64,000 nucleotides of DNA from Obrimoposthia wandeli (GCA_977020255.1 CDROCS010000253.1:1116001-1180000); one strand, 5' to 3'. Shown: positions 49,652 through 60,423, counted from the stretch's first letter. Notes: generated from the sequence alone by a model not told the origin. Numbers and translations: made by a program.

Positions 49652-50791
49652 CTACCAAGAGCTAATTACGATTGATTTATTGAGCAGGCGAATAGCACCA
49701 CTTTGACTATTGGCTATTTCCCCTAATGAAAGTACCCCGAATAATGCAGGTGAAGGGCAGTGTTTAGTGATGACATTGAGTTCTCTTTCAAACTCATCTC
49801 CCATAAATAATACTCGACTAATACAATCAAATACCATAGTTGTTGATATCGATGTTTTGGGCGGATCAGAAAATAGGGATAATACTGATTTTTCTGTCGA
49901 GGCCACTAAGGTATCTACATCACCATCAAGTAAATAAAGCATTGAATTTATTGGAATATTACCAACACATTGTAAGTGACTATTTTTCGATAAAATAGGG
50001 TCGCGAACAATCATATTATTGTTGATATCTTTAATACCTAATGGAAAATGCTTAGCAATATCAAAAAACGCAGTATTATTGAATTTGTGTTCAGTGGCAT
50101 TTTCAATTACTTGGCAATAAACGTCATAAGCGGGTTGGTAATTTAAACTTTGAACGGTTTGTCCTTGTGCCTCTGATACCAAAAAAGGTCCTTGAAAGAT
50201 CTTCCAACCATGAGCGATACGGGTGTTAAGTTTCCGTGGTAAAGTGACTAATAAAACAGCATTGTTATGAATGCCTAAGTTGCTAAAGATGCAAGGGCGT
50301 TGGATAAAGTCTGTATTTCCAGCACCACCACCTGCGATATTAATACCGTGGTCTAAACACTCAAAAAGGCAATCAATAAAACCTTCAATATTGTCTATTA
50401 AAGCATCATAAAACATCAAGAAGTTATCTTGGCCACGGAAGTTATGCTTTTTTTGTAGAGTTGCGGTAATGAATTTTTCTAAGCAGTCTTCATTAGTTAC
50501 ATGATTAAGATGAGAGAATAGTGTGACATCAAATTTTTCGTTAAAACCAATAATCAAAGCGCCCTGTTTAATTAAGTTACCTTGCAGAGTGAGCATTGGA
50601 TAAATGCCACCAAAGAGCTGTAATGGACACGCACTTAATAGTGAGTCGAGCTCTTCTTCAGGATAATTGTTTTGGCTGCACGTAAGTACCAATAAGCTTT
50701 CAGCGCCACTGTTTTGGGCGAGACGTAAACCTTTTTTAAAATCACACAAGGTATCGCTTAGAGTATGCCAAGTAAATAACTCAGTTCTCAT
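49652..50791 (-). CDS. FIST (FIST_N/FIST_C) domain protein
   Basis: FGGIYP, AGGGAG, HGWK..GP, FDCISR, GVLSLGEI motifs. Confidence 0.85.
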   Translation of the reverse strand: MRTELFTWHTLSDTLCDFKKGLRLAQNSGAESLLVLTCSQNNYPEEELDSLLSACPLQLFGGIYPMLTLQGNLIKQGALIIGFNEKFDVTLFSHLNHVTNEDCLEKFITATLQKKHNFRGQDNFLMFYDALIDNIEGFIDCLFECLDHGINIAGGGAGNTDFIQRPCIFSNLGIHNNAVLLVTLPRKLNTRIAHGWKIFQGPFLVSEAQGQTVQSLNYQPAYDVYCQVIENATEHKFNNTAFFDIAKHFPLGIKDINNNMIVRDPILSKNSHLQCVGNIPINSMLYLLDGDVDTLVASTEKSVLSLFSDPPKTSISTTMVFDCISRVLFMGDEFERELNVITKHCPSPALFGVLSLGEIANSQSGAIRLLNKSIVISSW

Positions 50792-51048
50792 CTTATTGTA
50801 TCTCTTGGTTTTTTTTTATTATTATTTTACTGCTATAGCATAATGCCTAAGTTATTTATAGAAAACTAGTGTTAATTATTGTATTTTAATCTAGGTGCTT
50901 GTTTGTTCGTTAATAGTCGTTAGGCTAGACAATGAACGATGTAACTACTATATATTTAGTTGCGCTGTTTAATAAAAGTACAATACAACGTAAAGGTGAA
51001 GTTCTAATATAAAAATAATTAATGACAATAAGTTAAAGGGAAAGACAG

Positions 51049-52137
51049 ATGAAAAAATCAATGTTCTTAAAAGCAGCACTCGTGGTGTCGCTTGGATTAT
51101 CCTCGCTAGGGCTTTCAGCCTTAGCCCATGCAGATGATGATAAAAAGTATCGTTGGCGCTTAGCTGAAACCTGGGGACCTAATTTTCCTATTTTTGGTGA
51201 TGCCACTAAAAATATGGCCAAAATGGTAAAAGAAATGTCGAATGGTCGGTTGACCATTCGCATTGATTCTTCGAATAAGCATAAATCTGCATTAGGTATT
51301 TTTGATTTTGTAAAAAGTGGCCAATATCAAATGGGGCATTCAGCTTCATATTATTGGAAAGGAAAGAACTTTAACACCATGTTTTTTACTACCGTGCCTT
51401 TTGGTATGTTGGCGTCTGAACAATATGCTTGGTTCTACTACGGTGGTGGCATGGAGTTAATGAAAAAAGTCTATGATCAATATGGCATTATGTCATTCCC
51501 CGGGGGGAATACTGGCAACCAAATGGGCGGTTGGTTCAAAAAAGAAATTAATAGCGTTGAAGACCTAAAGGGTTTGAAAATGCGCATACCAGGTTTTGCT
51601 GGCGAAGTATTAGCAAAGCTAGGTGCTAAGCCTACTAATATCCCATCTGGTGAGCTTTATACCGCATTAGAACGTAACACGATTGATGCTTTAGAGTGGG
51701 TTGGTCCCTCTTTAGATTTACGTATGGGTTTTCATAAAATAGCACCGTATTACTACACAGGTTGGCATGAGCCAGGTACTGAGTTGCAATTTATGGTCAA
51801 CCAGAAAGCCTACAACACTCTGCCAAAAGATTTACAAAAAATACTTACCGTTGCTATGAAAGCTGCTGCTTATGACATGTATTCGCAATCAATGCATGCT
51901 AGTGGTGTGAACTTAGCATCATTGAAAAAAGATTACCCTAATGTACAAATGCGCTCATTCCCTAAACCGGTAATGAATGCGATTGTGCAGGCAAATGATG
52001 AGTTACTAAAAGAATTTGCTGCTAAAGATCCTATGACAGCAGAAATCCTTCAGTCGTTAAATGATTATAAAAATCAGGTACGCGCTTGGACTAACTTGTC
52101 AGACAGAGCTTATCTAGATAATTTTGATGGCAAGTAA
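51049..52137 (+). CDS. TRAP transporter substrate-binding protein (DctP/TakP-like)
   Basis: HSASYYWKGK, GNTGNQMGGWFKKEI, MRIPG, DALEWVGP motifs. Confidence 0.93.
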   Translation: MKKSMFLKAALVVSLGLSSLGLSALAHADDDKKYRWRLAETWGPNFPIFGDATKNMAKMVKEMSNGRLTIRIDSSNKHKSALGIFDFVKSGQYQMGHSASYYWKGKNFNTMFFTTVPFGMLASEQYAWFYYGGGMELMKKVYDQYGIMSFPGGNTGNQMGGWFKKEINSVEDLKGLKMRIPGFAGEVLAKLGAKPTNIPSGELYTALERNTIDALEWVGPSLDLRMGFHKIAPYYYTGWHEPGTELQFMVNQKAYNTLPKDLQKILTVAMKAAAYDMYSQSMHASGVNLASLKKDYPNVQMRSFPKPVMNAIVQANDELLKEFAAKDPMTAEILQSLNDYKNQVRAWTNLSDRAYLDNFDGK

Positions 52138-52173
52138 CATCTGTTGTTAGTGTGAAATATTGTTTAAAAAATA

Positions 52174-52204
52174 AAATCAGTGGGTAAAGTTAACCCACTG
52201 ATTT
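52174..52204 (+). terminator. Hairpin after the binding-protein gene
   Basis: AAATCAGTGGGT-N7-ACCCACTGATTT. Confidence 0.65.
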
Positions 52205-52268
52205 ATGTTATTAATTGATGAAATATTACATTATGTTAATAACGTAGTATGACTAACTGAGAAATTAA

Positions 52269-52790
52269 ATGGATTCAGTGTTAAAAATAATAGGAAAAAT
52301 TATCGATGGTCTAGGTAATTTATGTAGCTTGCTCATGGTCTTAATGATCATGAATGTTTTTTATGACGTGATTATGCGTTACTTTTTTAATGATGTCAGT
52401 ATTGGTATGCAAGAGCTCGAATGGCATCTATTTGCTGCTATGTTTATGTTTGGTATTGCTTATACCCTTAAAGAAGATGGTCATGTGCGAGTAGATATTT
52501 TCTACGAGGCCATGTCAGCAAAAAAACAAGCCGTAATCAATATTTTTGGTTCATTAGTTTTAGCATTACCTATCACTTTACTTATTCTTTATTACAGCTG
52601 GGATTATACCTTTGAAGCCTATCAAATGGGCGAAGGTAGTGGTGACCCAGGTGGCTTGCCACATCGCTGGATAGTACGCAGTGTTATTCCAATGTCTTCA
52701 CTATTTTTGATTCTTGCTATTTTCCATGTGCTGGTTACTCAGTTGAAAATCCTTACTGCGCAAACACACCCAGAAGAAGGGGAACAATAA
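52269..52790 (+). CDS. TRAP small permease (DctQ)
   Basis: QELEWHL, GHVRVDIFY, DPGGLP motifs. Confidence 0.92.
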   Translation: MDSVLKIIGKIIDGLGNLCSLLMVLMIMNVFYDVIMRYFFNDVSIGMQELEWHLFAAMFMFGIAYTLKEDGHVRVDIFYEAMSAKKQAVINIFGSLVLALPITLLILYYSWDYTFEAYQMGEGSGDPGGLPHRWIVRSVIPMSSLFLILAIFHVLVTQLKILTAQTHPEEGEQ

Positions 52791-54070
52791 TGACTGGTAT
52801 TGTACTTTTTGCAATTGCTCTCGTGTGTTTGTTTCTCGGTTACTCTGTTGCGTTTACTTTTGCGGGTGTTTCATTAATTGTTGGCACTATTGTCTTAGGC
52901 GCAGACTTATTCGCGTTTATGCCTTATCGCATTATGGCTATTATGGAAAATACCATTTTAATGGCCGTACCTATGTTTATTTTTATGGGTATAGTGTTAC
53001 AAAAAACAGGGCTAGCGGAACGGTTACTGGAATCTGCCGCTAAACTCTTTGGCGGCATTGCCGGAGGCGTCGCTATTTCTACCATAGTGGTTGGTGCGTT
53101 GTTAGCAGCGTCAACAGGTGTGGTGGGTGCTAGCGTTGTTGCTATGGGGGTTATCTCCTTGCCGGTAATGTTAAAAAACAATTACCATCAACCAACGGCT
53201 ACCGGCGTAATTTGCGCTTCAGGCACGTTAGGGCAAATTATTCCGCCTTCGATTATATTAATCATTTTAGGCGATGTTATGGGCGTGCCCGTAGGGGACT
53301 TATTCCGAGCAGCCGCGTTACCGGGCATGTTGTTAGTTGTTGTCTATGTGCTATATATTTTAATATTAGGCAAAATTAAGCCTGAGTTCGTACCGCCTTT
53401 AGTTGTCACTGAAAACAAACGTGAATTGCTAGTACAAGCGTTAAAAGATATTGTGCCGCCATTAGTGCTTATTTTAACTGTGCTAGGCTCCATATTTGCA
53501 GGTATTGCCACACCAACCGAATCTGCCAGTATAGGTGCGGTCGGCGCGGTTATTTTATCTCTTTTATATGGCACATTTTCTTTTAGTAAAATGCATGAAG
53601 TTTCCAAAGAAACAGTGAAAGTCACTTCAATGGTTTTTGCGGTATTAATTGGTGCTACGGCATTTTCTATGGTGTTTAGTTATTCGGGCAGTGAATATCT
53701 CATTGAAGAATTCTTTATGGAGCTGCCAGGTGGCAAGTGGACTTTTATTGCCTTGGCGATGATCGCTATTTTAATACTCGGTTTCTTTATTGATTTTATT
53801 GAAATCGCTTTTTTAGTTGTCCCTATTTTACTTCCGGTAGCGATAGCTTTAGATGTTAATTTAGTGTGGTTTGCTATTTTAATTTCTATGAACTTACAAA
53901 CTTCGTTTTTAACACCACCCTTTGGTTTTAGTTTATTTTATCTCAAAGGTGTGGCGCCGAAATACCTTAAAACTACCACCATATATAAAGGGGTGATCCC
54001 CTTTATTTTAATGCAAATAGCAGTGTTGCTATTAGTGGTGTTTTTTCCTGAGTACTTAATTATTTCTTAG
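52790..54070 (+). CDS. TRAP large permease (DctM)
   Basis: SGTLGQIIPPS, ATPTESA, SFLTPPFG motifs. Confidence 0.94.
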   Translation: MTGIVLFAIALVCLFLGYSVAFTFAGVSLIVGTIVLGADLFAFMPYRIMAIMENTILMAVPMFIFMGIVLQKTGLAERLLESAAKLFGGIAGGVAISTIVVGALLAASTGVVGASVVAMGVISLPVMLKNNYHQPTATGVICASGTLGQIIPPSIILIILGDVMGVPVGDLFRAAALPGMLLVVVYVLYILILGKIKPEFVPPLVVTENKRELLVQALKDIVPPLVLILTVLGSIFAGIATPTESASIGAVGAVILSLLYGTFSFSKMHEVSKETVKVTSMVFAVLIGATAFSMVFSYSGSEYLIEEFFMELPGGKWTFIALAMIAILILGFFIDFIEIAFLVVPILLPVAIALDVNLVWFAILISMNLQTSFLTPPFGFSLFYLKGVAPKYLKTTTIYKGVIPFILMQIAVLLLVVFFPEYLIIS

Positions 54071-54238
54071 CTAAGGCAGCTGCTCTTAAAGTAATACAAG
54101 AGTGTTTTATATTGGCATAGTGTCGGTATAAAACACTTATTCATCAGGCCGTTTAAATTTGGCCTGTACCTTCCTTATCTGTTCTCTAAAGTTACTATCA
54201 CCATAAGCAAAGAGGCCGTTGTCGTTAGAGTAAGTCGC

Positions 54239-56674
54239 TTAACGAGCAATACTTTGCAGTACTTCAATATCTACTAAGTTAATCACAGTGGCTTTTATTT
54301 CAGCCATGCTATCACTAGTGATTAGCAAGCCATCATCATTCACTTCAAGGTAACCTTGCGATCTAATAGTGGCGATTAACGTAGATTGAGCACGTTTGTC
54401 GATAAACTCAGGAGCATTGATATTGTTTAATACCGATAAACGCTTAGCAATAGCGACAACTTTAGTTTCTAAGTCACGCTTACTTAAAGGCGCTAAACGA
54501 CTTGCGAGTGACGTAATAATTGCTAGGCGTTGTAAGCTCTCATCGACACACTCTGCCATGGCATGTACTTGACTAAGTAGCCCAACATCCTCGGTAAGTG
54601 ACCAAAAGCACGCTTTACTTTGCTTAGCAATCTCCATGTCTTGTAAAACAGTAAGGGTTTGCAACGTTTGCTGTTCAACTTGTTTGGTATCTTGATATAG
54701 ATATAGGTCTTCTTTAAGTAATGCCGTTAAGTTTTGAACTTTTACCACTAATTCGTCTTGATTTATTTTGCTGTGCTTATCAAGTAAGCGACAAACCATG
54801 GCTGGTACTACATAAGTATGCAAAATATTATTACGGTAATAGCGCATCTCTAAATTAGCGGTGTCAGTGAGCGAAACTAAGCTGCCAAAACTATCTTCGG
54901 TGATGGTTACTTTATTGAGCGAAATAACGTGAGTCAGTAGCTCTGCGCCGGTTTCATCTGGAATAGTAAGTTGTTCACTAAAGGGGGCTTGACGCTGTAA
55001 ATTTAAGAAAAAATCAAGCTGTGTTTCTAGTTCTAATTTAGATAGTGCTTTATTCTTGCTGGCATGGAGGATCAAGGCAATTAAAGCAACACCATTTAAA
55101 GCGGCACTCTTATTGATATTCTCCATTACTTGCTCAGCAAGCACATTGATCGTCGGTGTTAACCACGTAGGCTTCTGCGGATCAATAGGGTCAATCGAGT
55201 CTTTCCAATCAGGTACTTGTTTATTTAAAAACTCGTTAATGTTCATCGGCTCACCAAAATTTACATAACCATTACCATAGTTACGTAAGCTCTTAATGGC
55301 TTTTAATACACCAAACATCGACTCACTCTTTTTCTCGCTACCGCTTAGTTCTTTATGGTAAGTGCCTACTTCCATAACATGCTCATAGCCTAAGTAAACG
55401 GGTACTAAGGTGAGTGGTCTATCAATACCGCGCAGTAAGCTTTGAATGGTCATTGCTAGCATGCCTGTTTTAGGTGCTAGTACTCTACCAGTACGACTGC
55501 GACCACCTTCGGTGTAGTATTTAACGGCATAACCACGTTCAAATAAAAGCCCTAAATATTCACGGAAAATAGTGGAATATAAACGGTTACCACCGAAACT
55601 ACGGCGAATGAAAAATGCGCCGCCTTTTCTAAAGACACTACCCGCAGGCCAGAAGTTTAAGTTAATACCCGCGGCAATGCGTGGCATTACTAAACCTTCT
55701 TGTAATATCACATAAGAAAGTAACAAGTAGTCCATATGGCTACGATGACAGGGTACATAAATTATCTCATGGCCATCTTGCGCCAATTTACGCAATACTT
55801 TGGCGTTACTTACATTAATGGCGCTGTACAAGCGCTTCCATAACCAATGCAAAATAATTTCACCAAAGCGTAACCAAGAAACACTATAGTCACCCGCAAT
55901 TTCATTCATGATGACTAACGCTTTTTTCTTTATTTCAGCTTCAGATACTTTTTTATTTTTTGCTTCATCACTAATAATACGCTTGACTGAAGGGTTGGCA
56001 AATAAAGCGGTGAACATCTGCTTACGATGCATTAACCTAGGGCCTTTAGCCGCAATGGTTTGACGATGAAAATGAAAGCGAGCAACGCGTAAAAACTTGT
56101 GGGCGGCGGCTTCATCGCTACCATGATTGTCAGAGATATTACGAAAAGAGAAAGCTTCGCTAAAACGCACTAAGGTATCACGACCTAAAAACAGGACGAT
56201 AAAAAATTTTCGTAACCAATTGGGTGATTCTTGATCTGCGATTAGGGTGCCTATATTAAGATTTTTACGTTCTTTGGTCGGAGTTTTGCCCCAAATTAAA
56301 TTGGCTGGGATCAATTTAGCATCGAGTTTTTTATTAATAACATGTTGATTTAGTAACGCTAAGCCTTGTGCGGTTGCTGTTGTTTTACTCGCTTCCCCCC
56401 AGGAACAAAGTGGTGTCGATTTTGCTAAGCATAAGGTGCGATTAAAGCTTTTTCCGTTAATAATTACTTTCCCGAGAGGATCAGGTAATTTTTGTTTTTT
56501 ACAAGCACTCTGCAAGGTGAGTAAGTCAGATGCAGACTGATGTCGAACAATGTAAAAAATTGGCTGACTTGGCTGTTCAGTAATGCTTTGACTGTCAGTG
56601 ATAATTTTACAGCGAACCAGTAACTTAAGAGGGAATTTTAATAATAAGTAGAAAAAAGAACGTAAGGCCAACAT
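54239..56674 (-). CDS. plsB: Glycerol-3-phosphate 1-O-acyltransferase
   Basis: HRSHMDY (HX4D), GAFFIRR, EGGRSRTG motifs; 811 aa. Confidence 0.96.
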   Translation of the reverse strand: MLALRSFFYLLLKFPLKLLVRCKIITDSQSITEQPSQPIFYIVRHQSASDLLTLQSACKKQKLPDPLGKVIINGKSFNRTLCLAKSTPLCSWGEASKTTATAQGLALLNQHVINKKLDAKLIPANLIWGKTPTKERKNLNIGTLIADQESPNWLRKFFIVLFLGRDTLVRFSEAFSFRNISDNHGSDEAAAHKFLRVARFHFHRQTIAAKGPRLMHRKQMFTALFANPSVKRIISDEAKNKKVSEAEIKKKALVIMNEIAGDYSVSWLRFGEIILHWLWKRLYSAINVSNAKVLRKLAQDGHEIIYVPCHRSHMDYLLLSYVILQEGLVMPRIAAGINLNFWPAGSVFRKGGAFFIRRSFGGNRLYSTIFREYLGLLFERGYAVKYYTEGGRSRTGRVLAPKTGMLAMTIQSLLRGIDRPLTLVPVYLGYEHVMEVGTYHKELSGSEKKSESMFGVLKAIKSLRNYGNGYVNFGEPMNINEFLNKQVPDWKDSIDPIDPQKPTWLTPTINVLAEQVMENINKSAALNGVALIALILHASKNKALSKLELETQLDFFLNLQRQAPFSEQLTIPDETGAELLTHVISLNKVTITEDSFGSLVSLTDTANLEMRYYRNNILHTYVVPAMVCRLLDKHSKINQDELVVKVQNLTALLKEDLYLYQDTKQVEQQTLQTLTVLQDMEIAKQSKACFWSLTEDVGLLSQVHAMAECVDESLQRLAIITSLASRLAPLSKRDLETKVVAIAKRLSVLNNINAPEFIDKRAQSTLIATIRSQGYLEVNDDGLLITSDSMAEIKATVINLVDIEVLQSIAR

Positions 56675-56824
56675 GTTGTATCGCTCGGATTAGTCATTAA
56701 CAGCTATAAAGGTTGGATTTTAGCATCATTAGTCAAAATTGTCTTGGTTTGTAGGTAAACTGGTAGCACACTAAAGTTATCAAGTTTGATCTTAGATAAA
56801 GACTTTTACTTTAAGGGGTTTTCA

Positions 56825-57298
56825 TTGAAAAAAATTGCGGTATTTGTCGATGTACAAAATATTTATTATACCACACGGGATACTTTTGCTAAGCAATTTA
56901 ACTACCGTTTATTATGGCAAGAATTGATGGCACAAGGCGAGATTACTATCGCTAATGCTTATGCTATTCAACGCAGTGATGATCAACAGCATAAATTCCA
57001 AAAAGCACTGAAGCATATTGGTTTTGACGTTAAACTAAAACCTTATATTCAACGTAGTGATGGTTCGGCTAAAGGTGATTGGGATGTAGGTATTACTATT
57101 GATATTATGGAAGGGGCAGCTGAAGTTGATACTGTAATATTACTTTCAGGGGATGGCGACTTTGATTTGTTACTACGAAAAGTTCGTGAAAAATATGGGG
57201 TTACCACTGAAGTTTATAGTGTTGATCATTTAACTGCAAAGTCTCTAGTTGAGGCAGCGGATGTTCATCATAAAATTGAGAAAAGTCTACTGTTGTAA
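56825..57298 (+). CDS. NYN/LabA-DUF88 domain protein (probable TTG start)
   Basis: FVDVQN, KGDWDVGITID, LSGDGDF motifs. Confidence 0.88.
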   Translation: MKKIAVFVDVQNIYYTTRDTFAKQFNYRLLWQELMAQGEITIANAYAIQRSDDQQHKFQKALKHIGFDVKLKPYIQRSDGSAKGDWDVGITIDIMEGAAEVDTVILLSGDGDFDLLLRKVREKYGVTTEVYSVDHLTAKSLVEAADVHHKIEKSLLL

Positions 57299-57337
57299 AA
57301 CTAAATAGTTGTAGTACTAAATCTTGGTAGAGGATTA

Positions 57338-58084
57338 TTATCTCAACTTTTTATGCTTTTTCACTAGATAAGCAGTTAAAAAAAGGGCAATAATAAATAA
57401 TATTGCGCTAGCAATTAATTCATTTTGTGCCCCTAAACGCATACCACTGCCGGCAAGAGAAAATATGATCATTTGTGGGATAAAACCGACAAAAGAGCCA
57501 CTAACATAAGCGGGCATTGATACTTTACTAACCCCTGCAATAATGTTGGTTATAAAATTACTGCCTAAGGGTAATATTCGAATAACGATCGCTTTTAAAA
57601 AGGTTTGCTCACCAAGAAACACGGATAACTTTGCGAGTTTACTTGGGTATTTACGGCTAATGCTATTGCTTAATAAATAACGAGCGACACTAAAAGTGAT
57701 GAGGCAGCCGAGTGTTGCTGCTAATGTTGCAACAATCACACCGATGAAAGCACCTAAGTTAATACCCGCAACTACGGCGGCAATTTGTCTGGGTAAGCCA
57801 ATACTGGTTGCCAGCGATAAAAAAACAAATAGCAACAAGGTATTAAAAGCCTGTGAGCTACCTTCTTGCTGCCAATTAAGCTGCTCAACTAAGTCGATTG
57901 TCCAGTTGCTTAAACTAAAACCTCCTTCTGTTATACTCGGTGTTGTGGCCAGTGTTGAAGAAAGTGCTGAGGGATGTATTAGCCATTGATATAAGCCGGT
58001 TATGATAATGATTATCATAATGAGGCTCGCCAGTATTTTAGTGGTACGTGCGCGAGAGGAAAATAAGAGAAACTTAGAAAGCAT
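57338..58084 (-). CDS. TVP38/VTT (DedA-like) membrane protein
   Basis: IGLPRQ, IRILPLGSNF, SFVGFIPQ motifs. Confidence 0.85.
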   Translation of the reverse strand: MLSKFLLFSSRARTTKILASLIMIIIIITGLYQWLIHPSALSSTLATTPSITEGGFSLSNWTIDLVEQLNWQQEGSSQAFNTLLLFVFLSLATSIGLPRQIAAVVAGINLGAFIGVIVATLAATLGCLITFSVARYLLSNSISRKYPSKLAKLSVFLGEQTFLKAIVIRILPLGSNFITNIIAGVSKVSMPAYVSGSFVGFIPQMIIFSLAGSGMRLGAQNELIASAILFIIALFLTAYLVKKHKKLR

Positions 58085-58131
58085 GGTTATACCAAATGGA
58101 TTAATGACTGCGTTTTATGTCAACGGTCTAA

Positions 58132-58292
58132 TAATACCAATTTCATTAAACTTTTGCCCACTTGTACTTGTTAAAATATGTCAAGGCAGCGCTGTTTTCA
58201 ATCCTTAATAGCCCGCTATTGTTGAATCGAGTAACTGCCTTGATTTATTTCTCTACGCACAACAAGACCACAAACTTAATGGAAATGGTATA
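58132..58292. mobile_element. 161-bp MITE related to family A; overlaps the 3' end of the upstream CDS
   Basis: TIR TAATACCAATTTCATTAA / TTAATGGAAATGGTATA; core TTCAATCCTTAATAGCCCGCTATTG resembles family A. Confidence 0.7.
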
Positions 58293-60423
58293 ACTTGACT
58301 TTTGCTTGCTCAAATTCATCAGCAGTTAAAAAGCCTTGTTGCCGTAGTTTAACTAATTTTTCTAATGCGTTCACCAACTCTGTTTCTATTTTGGCGGACT
58401 CTATTGCTGCGTTGTCATGATCGTTAGGTAATGAATCCCCATCGCCATTTTCCTTAGAGGCAGTCACCTCTGCCATTTTTTCAGGCTCTACAGTTTCTAT
58501 TATTGAATGAGGGTGAGTTACTGGTCGAATAATCGCTGCTTGTGTATGTAGCGGTGTATCATCATGATTCTTATGTACAGAATCGTCTATCTCAGCAGTG
58601 AACTTAGGTTTTAAAGAACGCTTTCCGGTCTGATCGCCATTGATTTTATTGGCAATGAGCCAGCACCAATCAAGGGTATCTTCGACTACTTCAAAGTAAC
58701 CTTTTTTGGTTATTCTATCGCTGCCTTTACGCAAATATAAACAAATGATGTGTTTCTTTTTTCCTTGAGTATTAAGCGCTAAGTTAATGCGACGAACTTT
58801 GCTATCAGTCATTTTTGCAATTTGTTCGATATGAAATATCTCGCGTAATGCATGCTCTTGTTGTTCGTTAAAGCCGTGTCCTAAAGTGGTATTAATTGTT
58901 GCAATGACCAAATCACCAAGCAATATTTGGCATTGTTTAACATCCGTTAATGCAATGACCTTTTTTGCGTCTTTCTCATGGCGTTTAAATAGCTTTAAGG
59001 ATAGTTTGTCTTCAGTTAGCTCTAGCTGAGAAAACTCCCTACGAACGAAGGCTTTAGCAGACTTATTTTGTATCTTTATCTGATAAAAAATATAACCGCA
59101 AAGCAAGGCTAACATGAGCATGATCAAGAAAGTTATACCGCTGAATCCGCTTTTTTTGCTTTCTTTTATAGCTAATTTTATGTCTTGTTGAAATAGTTGG
59201 TATATAGCGCCAGAGTCTTCATTGAAGAACAGTAGTTCTCCGCGATTATCACGGTAGAGAGTTAAGATATTTGCTTGTAATGCTGCTTGCTTTAATTGCC
59301 ACTCTATTGTTGGTAAAGGAAGTGTCTTTTGTTGTTGAGTAACGTTCGTCAGCTCAGTGACTATTTCACGGGACAGTGAGTTGAGTTGCCATTGTTGTTG
59401 ATTTTGCGTTAACAATAACAACTTATTACGCAAAGCAGGTGCATTTTGACCTCGGTATACTAATAAACTATTGGCAGATAAGCTCTTTTTATTTTGATAT
59501 AAAAACTCCTGAGGTTCCTGTTTGCGCCAGTCTTCACCACCATCACTATAAGAAAGCCAATGTCTTATTGTGTCATTAAAACTGTATTGATGTGATATCA
59601 ATAATTTAGTGCCATATTGATCAGGCCAAATAAACTGTTTTATTTGGCCTGCGCCGAATAAATAAAGTGTTTTTTCAATTTTTTCATTGGCGTAATAAGG
59701 GTTGTTATGAGGCACGCTATAACTTTCGGTGTCATTTTGTTGTGGATGAATACGTAAGATGGCACCAGAATAAAGTGGGTGCTGCTTTAGTTTTGGACTC
59801 TGTGACAGTGATATATACAGTTGTGAAAAGTCATCATGCCATGATTTACTATAAGGGTTGAAGTTCAATTGTCTAATGCCATTTTTTAAGGTGGGAATGG
59901 CTATCCTCAAAACTTCACGTGGACTTGATTTATCTATTTGCTTACTTACATTTAATCGCCACTCGGTCACTACGGCATCGAAAGAAAGTGGCACGGTGAC
60001 AGTTGGCTCTAGTAAACGCTTTGTTTTGCTGTTGTTAGCAACTTTTTCAACATGAGCAGTATAGAAAGTACCGTAACCTGTTTGATCACGTAATGAAAAG
60101 TTAGGGTGTAAGGTGAAAGCGCTGAGCTCAAGCATGGACTCAGTAGAATAAAAGCGCTGAAAATCTAATAATAAAGAGGTACTATCAGGACTATCTTGCT
60201 CTAGCTGATAAACTTTTCCTTGTTTATTCGCTAGGTAGTAGTACTGACTGTTGCCAGGCTGTTCAAGCAGCAGTAACCACTGGTTATTGTCGGTTTTTAA
60301 TTGCGGGGCTTGAGCTACTTTTTGCAATAAATATTGGTTTTCTTTACTGGCGCCGCTGGCACCACTGACGAAAAACAGACATAGGGAAAAAAGTAAAAAG
60401 AGCGCGTTCTTTACGGTAAGCAT
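58276..60423 (-). CDS. Membrane-anchored protein: sugar-dehydrogenase-like beta-propeller, TM helix, cytoplasmic domain, C-terminal SHOCT-like segment
   Basis: Signal peptide; AFTLHPNF...FYT, GAILRIHP..YSVP.NNP; TM ITFLIMLMLALLCGYIFY; LEKLVKLRQQGFLTADEFEQAK. Confidence 0.7.
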   Translation of the reverse strand: MLTVKNALFLLFSLCLFFVSGASGASKENQYLLQKVAQAPQLKTDNNQWLLLLEQPGNSQYYYLANKQGKVYQLEQDSPDSTSLLLDFQRFYSTESMLELSAFTLHPNFSLRDQTGYGTFYTAHVEKVANNSKTKRLLEPTVTVPLSFDAVVTEWRLNVSKQIDKSSPREVLRIAIPTLKNGIRQLNFNPYSKSWHDDFSQLYISLSQSPKLKQHPLYSGAILRIHPQQNDTESYSVPHNNPYYANEKIEKTLYLFGAGQIKQFIWPDQYGTKLLISHQYSFNDTIRHWLSYSDGGEDWRKQEPQEFLYQNKKSLSANSLLVYRGQNAPALRNKLLLLTQNQQQWQLNSLSREIVTELTNVTQQQKTLPLPTIEWQLKQAALQANILTLYRDNRGELLFFNEDSGAIYQLFQQDIKLAIKESKKSGFSGITFLIMLMLALLCGYIFYQIKIQNKSAKAFVRREFSQLELTEDKLSLKLFKRHEKDAKKVIALTDVKQCQILLGDLVIATINTTLGHGFNEQQEHALREIFHIEQIAKMTDSKVRRINLALNTQGKKKHIICLYLRKGSDRITKKGYFEVVEDTLDWCWLIANKINGDQTGKRSLKPKFTAEIDDSVHKNHDDTPLHTQAAIIRPVTHPHSIIETVEPEKMAEVTASKENGDGDSLPNDHDNAAIESAKIETELVNALEKLVKLRQQGFLTADEFEQAKVKLYHFH

